This document shows, piece after piece, positions 37,565 to 47,644 of a DNA stretch of 47,644 nt. The first letter of the stretch is position 1, and each line of letters starts with the position of its first letter. The stretch is from Hyphochytrium catenoides (taxonomy: Eukaryota; Protista; Hyphochytriomycota), in NCBI GenBank assembly GCA_900088475.1, contig FLMG01004480.1:1-47644 (forward strand), in the 5' to 3' direction. The notes below the pieces were generated by a model that saw nothing but the letters and a program-made list of their open reading frames with translations, made no database searches and was not told the DNA's origin. A program made the position numbers and the translations under genes.

Positions 37565-39780
37565 TTAAAAGTCGAGAGGCCTCTCCGTCTCGACTTCACA
37601 TGGTAGCTCTCTCAACGCTGAAGCAGACAGATGTTCATTGCCAACACTTATGAGGCGGCATAGGGAAGGCAAACTCCTAAGCATCTTGAGGCCTTCGTCT
37701 GTTACAAGGGCAGAACACGAGGCGGGCATTCAACATCCTGTCTTACAGCTCACTTTTTTGCGCCAAGTAATCATGAGAGCAAAACGATGCACAGATCATG
37801 CGTCAAACCTGTCACGTTGGGACACCAGCTGATGCAAAGCTCGTTCAACTTGGGATGTTTTGAGACGGCCTGGTGAGAGAAACCTTAGAGACAGAAGCTG
37901 ATGACATCGAGGTGTAAGGGAGATGTGGCCCGGCACCAGATGAGCAAGCGCAATCTGCAGTTCACGCATGAACGTGAATTTCGCACCAACCTCCAAGACT
38001 TTATCTGTCACTGCCGATAGACTTGATATGTCTAGGATACGTAGAACCGGAAGTCGGCAGGCCTTTGATGGCATGAATTCCTCTTAGCATGTTGATTGTC
38101 TGCACGAAGACAAAGCGAGGAAGACTGAACCTACCGTTACTAGTCCCTCCTCTGTGAGGCCAGAACAGCCCGACAGGGACAGAGAGCCAAGAGAGAGCCG
38201 GCTCGCCAGGACAGATGTCACGCGGTCGGTGATTAAGGGGCATTCAGCCAGGTTCAGAGCTTCTAAATCCTCGTGTCGAGACAGCGGGAGGATGCTCATG
38301 TCCGTTATCTGTCCGAACAGCCGCAGCTCAGCCGACAGATGGAGAGTGAAGAAGAAGCTAAGAATAAGCACAAGAGGGACAAAGGGGGATAACAGGGCGG
38401 TAACAACAAGACCAAGGAATAGCAAATATTGGCGTTCCCAAGCAAGGCCTTACGCTTGTGCCTATGAGTTCTATGGAAATAAGGCGCCTCATGTGACCCA
38501 GGGAGAGGATGCCTTTATCTCCTACCTGAGATGGGGAGAGCAAGAGGACGGACGTCATTTACACATGGACAGAGGCGGAAGAGGCGCTTAGACCTTGCGG
38601 CCCCACAGGAAAGGGGAGAGTGTCTAGTTGGGAGCCTGGACACTGAAAGGAAGAGAGAAGAATCGCGATGGGTACATACATAGAGAGGGAGTGTGTGGGA
38701 AGATAGAGAAGAGGACGCTAACAGTCCCAAGGGCTCTGAGCACGAGAAGATCTCACGTTTGGACATCGGATAATCCGTAGATGCTGGAGCTGAGTCAAAT
38801 CCTTGAGGAGCGAGAGCGAGTAGCCATTGAAGGTCATGCAGTCCTCTATGTCCAATGCGACAAGGCTGCAATGGTCACGAGTCAGAGGCACATAACTAGG
38901 AACTGATAGTCCAAGCACATCCCAATGACTGTACAGCGGGAAAGCTCTTCTTTTGGATGAGCCAGAGGACAAAGGAAGGTGTCATTACCTTGTCAAGCTA
39001 TTTAATGCCCTGAAGGCTTCACTTGAGAAACAGTCTGCCGCCACCAGGCCCAGCCTTACGAGCCCATCTTGAAGTTCTGCCAGCACCGCAAGGTCCTTGG
39101 AAAGCGTCCCAGTAGGTGAAAGCGTTCTTCTAGGCGGCACGCAAGGCAGCTCATACAGCATAGACGCACCTCTTCCACCCAGGGTCCGGCAGCCAGTCCA
39201 TCACTGAAGTCTATCAGGAGTGACGAACAGCCTTTAGCGCCATCTATTCTCTCTTTGAAGAGAGCTGGACCTAGATGGGGCTGAGCTCAGCTGTTGACTA
39301 GATCGATACACGATATCAAGGGTTCCAATGGCTAGTACCTCCCGTTATTTGAATGCGCTTCTCATAATGATCCAGCTGAGCCAGGGCGTGCATCCGCTCT
39401 TCAGACCCATCGGCGCTCGGGTTAATGACCATCACGCCCTAATATCCCTAACAGACGATAGGGCTAACTGGCTAATCCTTTACAGCTTGGGCGTTTGTTA
39501 ACCAATGATCGTTCTGGCTATTCAGCCTCCATTCCTTGTGAACAGGCGAAAGCAAGCAGAGTGCTTCCTTCTCTGGGATGGCTGCCGACGAGGTCAGGAC
39601 CCCATAAGCTGGTTATTAGATTATCCTGCCTTGGCCAGGTCTGATGACCCAGGTCTCAGAGACAAGACCTCTTACCGGGCGCTTGAACTAGAGCTCTCAG
39701 GGTAGTGAGCTGCAGCCGGGACCAAGGACCTTCGTCCACAGGACAGGGACTATAGAGATCCAGAGATCATCAGGTCTGCA
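37565..39780 (-). CDS. Leucine-rich repeat protein (FBXL-like LRRs), >=7 exons; 5' end uncertain
   Basis: Spliced LRRs: LVALDIEDCMTF, LQHLRIIRCPNVGDKGI, LEALNLAECPLITD, LGSLSLSGCSGLTEEGL, LRILDISSLSAVTD, LNELCISWCPNVTDEGL; stop at 37565-37567. Weak F-box-like fragments lie upstream (PDDLWISI; LCLLSPVHKEWR). Confidence 0.75.
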
Positions 39781-42250
39781 GCTTGGTTGATGGTAGAAGC
39801 TGAGGAGAAGAATGATGAGTTCTGATCATGAGATGAATGAAGCTAGGAAACAGAGCAGCGGGTAAATAAAGAACCACTCTTTAGCCGTTGCCGGCAACTT
39901 CTGATGGTGCTGCCAGGTACAGTACTTGTCCCTGAAGATAGATGATCAACGATGGCATCATGATGATGGCCGCAGCCACTCAGCAACTCTTCTTGCTTGA
40001 GAGCTCCCATTGAGTTGTTCAGACGACGCAAACACCAATAGAGATAGGGACAGAGAAGACTGTAGGTGGAATGGGCGGCGGAGGCAGGACTTACTCCTGC
40101 TCTCCTCCTAGCTTGGTGGTTGTCTTGGTCTTCGTCACAAAGTGAAGGACAAGGACTATCTTTCGCCCTGGCTGGCTGCTGCTAGCTCTTCTGGCGGTCA
40201 TCATCTTCTCTTTTCCTGGAGCTACGAGCGGGGTCCACTTTCATAGTGTGTGTGGATGTAGAGCAAGATTATGGGAGTCATGAACGGCCAGTTGGTTCCT
40301 TGTCATCATTTGCTAGATCATCTGAAGGTGAGAGGGACTGACGCTCATACCATCTTTCGCATCTAAGACTCTAAAAGCCGTTCAAACTCCTAATGCATGC
40401 TCGTGCCGATCGGTTGCCAATAAGGCTAGTCGGAGCGACAACGTAAGCATTGACCCATCGGCAGCTGGCTTCAGGGCATGGGTGACAAAGACTAATTAGG
40501 GCGGACTGGCGTTCCCTCTATACAGCTAACATTGGCTTCCCATCATCTCTGCGCCCGTCTAAACACCTTTCTGTGCGTGTCGTCAACTCTAAAAGAAAGA
40601 TGCGACAGCGTTCTTACAGCTTGCAGCCGTAGTCCGCGTTCACTGCTCATTAAAGACTGCGAGGGCAACGGACAACAGCATTTGCTTCGTAGCAAGGTGG
40701 CGCAGGGAGGATGACATCAGACTAGCACCCCTGCAGCGGATTGTAGGCGACAAAGAAGCCCAACCTCAGGCCGAGCAAGTATGCAGCTAGTCAACAAAGA
40801 CTGAGAATGCGGCTTGCCTCGGAACAAAGGTGGATTTTCACTACGATATCTTCCCCTTTATCCTTCCAGGCGTGATCTTCGTCGCTATCCAGTCAATGAC
40901 ATGCGCTATTATCTCAGTGTAGGGAGGCGGACCGCTTGCTACATTAAGACTAATCTGTTTATCTTCAGGGAAGGCAGACGACAGAAATCTGCATAGACAA
41001 AGAAGAATAAAGGAGTCAACTTCTGAGCGGTCGACTCGAAAGGAGAGAAACCCTAGAAAGACGTGGTAGAAGGCCGTACAAAGGGTGGCCAAGCGTGCAC
41101 TACGTTGCCCTTACATCAGCGCAAGCTTCTTTTGCGCACATCGCAGGTGGTGGAACGTCTCTGACTAAGTTATTTGATGTGAAAGGCAAGGACACCGCAT
41201 CACAAGTGCATCAGGAGGTGGGCGGGCACTGGCTCTTAGCGATGGGCTTATGCTATACCCACAAGCCCAGCATCATGACCTTATGCAGCGTACGATCGAC
41301 CCGTGATGAGCAGCTTTCTTAGTCCTCTGCGCTTTCTTTACCCCATCCGAGGGCCCAGGTGTGAGCCTTACCACGAAGAGCCAGTGCTAAGGACTACCAT
41401 GAGAGGATTGATGGAGCAAGTGCTAGAAAGACTTAGGAGGCCGTTCTTGAGGAGCAGGGCACCAAGGCAGAGAACCGTTCTTCCCTCTCAGTTGCTGCAC
41501 ATTCTGCCACACTCTCTCTCATTCTACTCCTCTTGGGAAGACTGTCGGGAGCACAGAAAGTAAGCCGTAGACTTGCACTTTAGCTAGTCAGTCGCCTGGT
41601 TGCTTCTTGGCATTCCGTTGTGAGTTCTTCGGAAAGTTCGACCAATCCCTTGTAACGGTCTGGGCAGGGATAGAGCAGCTGATTAGGCCATCATCCTACC
41701 TCCACACCCTAGATTGCTGGGAAACCTTCCTTTGGGGTTTCCTTTGCGCCCACTTTCACACGTCCTACGTTTGCCCCTTTGCACGTACACTTCCTCGAGC
41801 ATAAGCCATCACAGGTGCTAGCTAACAACGAGTTGCTAGCCCTATCATCTAACACCAAGATAAACCACCCAGTTCCTACCTACCTCTGGATGTAACGAAC
41901 GCATTCACTCACCAACAGTCACGATCAGTACGTTCTTTATTTTAGAAAACTTGTACGCCGTTTGCATTCCTGTCTCACATCAACACAAATCAAGGACTTC
42001 GACATACACAGATAGGTCAAACGATAGGTGATCTTGTTGCTACTTGTCGCACTTTCCACCGAGAGTGGGCTTCCAGTGGTCAGGTTTTACAGCCAGAATA
42101 GCCTTCCAAAGGCACGAACGTTCGTGATCATGTGCGGGTGACATTAGGACATTACCTAGACATTGCTATGACTTGTGGCTAAGCGTAGTTCTAGGATACG
42201 ATAGGGATGCTGCTCCTCATCATAACTATAGGGAAAGAAAAAGAGCTCTT

Positions 42251-42285
42251 CAACAAAAGGTGTGGGCAACAAAAGGTGTGGGCAA
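42251..42285. repeat. Exact 16-bp tandem duplication CAACAAAAGGTGTGGG x2
   Basis: Directly visible. Confidence 0.9.
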
Positions 42286-44218
42286 GAAATGGGAAAGGTA
42301 CGACCGACAACCCCTATAAGCGGCCTTTAGCATCTTTGTGCGGGAATAAATAACGGGCCTTAATCTATAGGAACTTTTTCTGTAACCAATAAGAAGGAGC
42401 AACGAGTCTGCCAGATGCTTAGAGAAGCCACAGCAGCCAGTCCAAGACTCTTCTGGTGCGACAAGAGACCAAGCAAGGAGATCATCATCAACTCCTCTTT
42501 CTTTTTTTTGTGTCCATCATAACATCTCTTGACACCAAGATGAAGGAAGTTGGGGGACGATGCACACCTCAATTTACTGAGGTCACTTTCTTGCCTCACT
42601 GCACACCAGGAATCTATTGGATCCTCAGCAGCAACCGCAGACTGGATGGAGGCTTGGCCTTGACTTTCCTCTCACGCGGCAGTTACAGGCTGGACGTCAG
42701 TGGCCTCATGTGTGTTGCACGCCTTGCTGTCAACTCTCGCTTTACTTGACAAAGAGGGGGAAAGTGTTGGCAGTTTGACGTCTACTATATATATTTTACG
42801 CTTATGCCTTACCTAGAGCATGGTTATCAATCTTGACAGCTGTGAATCAAGCAAATAAAGGAGAATAGAAAGTGGAATAAGAGTCAATTGTGGCAACTCA
42901 GGAGTCATGATCCATCAAAGGCAAAATCTTTCTTTAGGAACCAAACTAGCCAATCACCGAATAGAAACACTATCCGGAACAGACTTAGTGTCTATTTGGC
43001 ATACTCTCATTGAAAGCCTTCTTGATCCCGTATGCCAACTTGAAGTGAGCAAAGCTACAGAAAAGTTGGCATGCTCTTACGCCTAGTAAATGTATGAACG
43101 ATACGGTGGACAGACAGACATGTACCATCTTTGCTGTTTGTTCCTGGATTCTATGGGTTTCTGCTCTTCCTTGTCGTTGACCTGGTTCTGTGACGAGGTT
43201 CTGGATCCAGCGTCTCAGGCACAGACAGGCCATTGTCTCAGCCAATCAGAGACTCCGAACGACCCTCTATCTGACGACCACCTAGATGTTCAAGTCCCGT
43301 ACACAAGGGGAGACAACCCACTCGGACTTTTTACCCTTGGCTAATTGCCTAAATGGAAGCCTATTCTGGATAAGTAACTCTGTGATTCATGAATATACAT
43401 CACAGTCATGCAATCATCTCGAATCCTTCGATAACGGTCCTACAACTGATACCCCAAGTTGTGCCAGACAGACGAAACAAAATTCGGTCTTACTTGTACT
43501 TGCCCTTCTGCTAGACCTGATGTGATAGGGTAGTCTAGGCCGCGAACTTCAACGGACAGATTCGGGAGGGGGGGTTCCGCAATCTTGGAATAGCAAGACT
43601 ATGATAGCTCGCGTTCGGGGATGAGAAATGGGAGAGGGACAGTACATTTTTTCTCTGTTTCTTTGATGTCTCTCTTGCTCACTCTCCTTCTCCCTCCTCT
43701 CCTTGAACTAATAAGCTGGCTTCTGAGGAGGAGCCTGTTTGGCTTGGCTCATCACAGGGCTGTTCTTTGGTTTCTTGCACAGATGATGTGAGAGAGACAG
43801 ACAGAGTGGAGGAAGAGAAGGGACGACGGGGGCAGCAGAGGTGCGGGGATCTTCCCTCTCATCAGCCTTCATCGCTGTCCGTCCTCTGCGGTCGACTCGT
43901 CCCATGTCCCCCAAAGATAGACGGACGGACTGACCACTTCATCCCACAAACAGCCGATGGGTAACAAAAGACAGACGAGATCGATGCTGCAGGGGGCCAT
44001 AGGATTGCCTCCAAGACCAACCTCCTCTCTCTTCCTCTTCTCCTTCCATGTCTGTGCTCAGGTACAATTTTCAGATACACTCTCACTCAACTGCTCATTG
44101 TAAACAGTCTTCCTGGATCTCACTTCACAATATTCAGCCTAGAGCACAGATCCACTATCCCAACGCTATTCCTTTAGTTCCCCAAGACTCATCCGTCTCT
44201 GGGAATCCCTAGACAATC

Positions 44219-45692
44219 ATGGCGGCCATTGACCTTCAAGAATACGGCATCGACAACACCAAGGCGCAGCTCTTCCACAACCTGACCTATGAGGAGCTCG
44301 CTGAACATGAGCGCAATAACAACGAGGGCCACTTCGTCGCTAACGGCACGTTTGCTGTAGACACCGGCAAATTCACCGGCCGTTGCCCCAAGGACAAGTA
44401 CTTCGTCAAACAGTCTCCATCTGAGCAGCACATTGATTGGGGAAATGTCAACCAGCCCATCTCTGGCGATGTGTTTGACAAGCTCTACGACAGAGCCACC
44501 AAGCACTACGCTGAGGTCGAGAAGATTTACGTCTTTGACGGATACTGCGGCGCTAACCCTGCTACTCGGAAGAGAGTACGCTTCATCACTGAGTTCGCAT
44601 GGCAGCACCACTTCGTAACCAACATGTTCATCCGCCCTAAGAACAAGGAGGAGGTTCAGGACTTCCAACCTGAGTTCACCATTATCAATGCTTGCGAGGT
44701 TACCAACCCAGAATGGAAGGAACAAGGACTTCAGTCTGAGAGATTCATCGCCTTCAACATTGAGAAGAATATAGCTGTCATTGGTGGTACTCGGTATGGA
44801 GGTGAGATGAAGAAGGGAATCTTCTCCATGATGAACTACTGGCTACCACTTCAGGGCATCATGGCTATGCACTGTTCTGCCAATGTAGGCAAGGATGGTG
44901 ATGTCTGCATCTTCTTCGGTCTCTCTGGAACTGGTAAGACCACCCTATCCGCTGACCCCAAGAGAAACCTCATTGGCGACGACGAGCATGGTTGGGACGA
45001 CCATGGTGTCTTCAATTTCGAGGGCGGTTGCTATGCGAAAACTATCAACCTCGACCCGAAATCTGAGCCAGATATCTACAACGCCATCAAGCCTAACGCT
45101 ATGCTTGAGAACGTTTGGATCAACGAAGAGACGAACGAACCTGACTACTTCAACAGCGTCAAGACCGAGAATGGCCGTGTCTCATACCCTATCTATCACA
45201 TCCCTAACTACGAGCCTTCTTCCAAGGCCGGCCACCCTAACAACGTCATCTTCCTGACCTGTGATGCTTATGGCGTGCTCCCACCCGTTGCAAAGCTCAA
45301 TCTAGAGCAAGCTATGTACCAATTCATCAATGGTTACACCTCTAAGGTAGCAGGCACAGAAGCTGGCATCACGGAACCAGAGGCAACTTTCTCCANNNNN
45401 NNNNNNNNNNNNNNNNNNNNNNNNNNAGGACACCCGGCAGTGCATTGACGCTATCCTTGATGGCAGCATCCTTCACTGCGAGTTCAGGGAAGATCCTATC
45501 TTTGGATTCGCTGTCCCTGTCACCCTTGCTGACATTAACCCTAATGTGCTGCACCCTCGCGAGAACTGGGAGGACAAGGAGAAGTACGATGCTACTGCAC
45601 GCAAGCTGGCTGAGTCTTATGTCAAGAACTACAAGCAGTACCAGATTGAAGGCGTGACCGACTACTCTCCTTATGGCCCTCGCCTTGCTTAG
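44219..45692 (+). CDS. PCK1: Phosphoenolpyruvate carboxykinase (ATP), intronless in the visible sequence, interrupted by an assembly gap
   Basis: [70 protein letters not shown] and [14 protein letters not shown]. After the gap: [13 protein letters not shown]...YGPRLA* (TAG at 45690-45692). Confidence 0.97.
45396..45426. other. Assembly gap inside PEPCK
   Basis: 31 Ns; the reading frame shifts across the gap. Confidence 0.99.
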
Positions 45693-46342
45693 AAGTCTTC
45701 CTCTTATTTTTGAATAGTTCGACCCTAGGCATCCTCTTATCTCTGTAACAATAGTAATCTTAGCGCTCTGTTGGTGTACAGCCACCTAAAAAGCCTGGTG
45801 TCATTTTTTTTTTCGTTATGTCAGTCACACTTCCACCTGCTTACGGGATAGATCAGAACCGATGACCCAGTTTATTGCTGGAAATAGTGGAAGGAAGATG
45901 GAGATAAATGAGATCGTTCAACATTATTGCGGAGTCTTGTTATTTTATAAATTAAAGAGTATGTCAAGCCTTCTGAAAGATACGTCCCGGGCCCTGTGAC
46001 CCTGCTGCTGGCGCATGGGGTGCCGGTGGTTCATAGTGTCTGCATAGTTCTCAATCTCATCGGAACAAAGAGAAAATGGAAAGCGGCCACCTAAAGCTTA
46101 AGTTCCTGAAGGCTGATCGTCCTCCAGATTGACTGCTCTCCTTATTGGTCTTGCCAATTAGAAACCAAGGAAGGCATACACTCCATCATCCCCTGCCCCT
46201 TCAGGCTGTTGAGACTTATACGTCGCAGGACCGAGACAAGATCCTTGCTCTGGGCGCGAGGATGCTTATGTCTGTTGGATACTCTCAGCATTTCGGGTTT
46301 CTCGGAGTTCTTCACACTTGCTGGAAAGCGCGCCTGGGTGTG

Positions 46343-47330
46343 CTACTGACTCCACAGCCAGGGCGCTGCGTCAAGGAGGACCGCTGTGGAGACATGGGGT
46401 ACCGTAACATCCGGAGCAAAGCCATTCAAGGTTTGCTGCTTGATAATGTGAGACCCGTCATTTACGTAGACAGAGCGCATCCCAAAGACTGAACCTGCTT
46501 CCAAGTTCGCAATGGAGTCTTCAAAGAAAACAGTAGCCCGAGGGTCTGTTCCTATGTGTGTTAACACTCTGTGTATAGCGTCCACCTGCGGTTTGCTCTG
46601 TTCCCCCAAGAATGAGGCACCGATAACCTTCGTGTCCGGGAAAAACTCTCTGATTCCGAGAACCTCCAAGACCTCTATTGCCTCTGGTTCTCGACAGTTT
46701 GTGAATATCCTAATAGCAGTACACGGGGATGCCAAGGAGGTGGAAGAAAGACGAAGAGTGGAGCAGCAAATGGTAAGCATAACGCCGGAAGCGGAAGGGA
46801 AGGCAGAAAGAGGCCCAGGAAGGAAGATCATGAGAGAGGCTGCTCAAAAGAAGGAGAGAGAGAGAGAGAGAAGAGAGGGAGAGAAAGCTTGGAGGAGAAG
46901 AGGATGAAGAGAGAGGCCTAATGATGACTGCAAGGGCATAAGAGGTAGTCCTTTACCACATATCTTTGGAGGCTGCCGCGAAGCTTGACAGGAGCTCCTT
47001 AAGATCGGGATCTTCCTTTAAGAATGTAGACGCGCCTTGACGTATCTTCCTCCAAAATACGTCCTCATCTACCTTATACCCATTGGCCCGAATGCCTCGG
47101 ATGCTTTGATGGTAGATGGAAAACCATTGCTTCCAAGTGTCTCTGGCGACCTCACGGTCTGAAAAGCCCAAGTCCGTAACAAAGTAGTCAATGACATTTT
47201 GCTTCACATGCTCTGGAAAGCCGCTGGAATTCGGATACAGCGTCCCATCAAGGTCAAAGAGTATTGTTGTCACAGTCCGTGGAGCTAGCCCTTCACAAGT
47301 GTCATCTGCCTTGTTCTGGCTAGATGCCAT
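46343..47330 (-). CDS. HAD-superfamily pyrimidine 5'-nucleotidase (SDT1-like), 2 exons (47330-46957, 46709-46343)
   Basis: Motif I LFDLDGTLY, motif II WIFTN (formed across intron 46956-46710), motif III SKP, motif IV FFEDSIANL. Confidence 0.9.
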
Positions 47331-47644
47331 TGTAGAGTTCAACGAAGTACAGGTTGTTGCTTTTCAAAAGTGGGGCGATTGGTGGCCGGTTGGAAGACTA
47401 CTCTTTCAGCCTGAACGGCAGTGCCAGATTATAGCTTTCTCTGGAGGGTAGGCACCCGTCTGAAGGTTGACGCCTTCAGATTCTAGCAGTCAGAACGGTG
47501 TGATTCACCTTCAGCAGAAGAAGAAGAGTCTGAGTGCGGTCCAATACGTGGGCGATGAGGGAAGAATGTGACCATTGTCCTCATTGATGACAAGATGCGA
47601 AAACCTCAACAATCAGTGATGAATGACTTGATGGATCAGCTGAG

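Noticed and set aside
44189-44725. 178-aa antisense ORF over PEPCK, and 1051-1482 over Rac
   Set aside because: Shadow ORFs caused by codon bias of the sense genes.
45396-45448. Apparent frameshift and early stop in PEPCK
   Set aside because: Artifact of the N gap; the C-terminus continues intact in another frame.

Overview
Eukaryotic, intron-rich nuclear DNA with GT-AG introns, CTAAC-like branch points and abundant GA/CT microsatellites. It is probably from a stramenopile-type protist, inferred from the SKP1 and PEPCK sequences and a GPCR-PIP kinase with an LR-x9-GV motif. In order, the window holds: a Rac GTPase (+); one ~11 kb gene (-) that splices in frame from an FBXL-like LRR array into a long IQ-motif array; a DHX36/57-like DEAH helicase (+) with a probable LOTUS/OST-HTH N-terminal domain and an RG/Y-rich tail; a ~840 bp inverted repeat made of two tail-to-tail 3' fragments of a CRE-like RLE non-LTR retrotransposon; an ELMO-domain protein (+); SKP1 (-); a GPCR-PIPK fusion (+); a GH35 beta-galactosidase (-); a disrupted BED-hAT transposase-derived gene lacking its catalytic residues (+); a second LRR gene (-); a gene-poor 40-43.6 kb stretch; an intronless ATP-dependent PEPCK (+, with an assembly gap); and a HAD pyrimidine 5'-nucleotidase (-). 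The best candidate for something new is the LOTUS-like/DEAH/RGG helicase lying just upstream of a retrotransposon-derived hairpin, which could be an RNA-silencing module. That link is a hypothesis. All exon models were derived by eye and need RNA-seq confirmation.
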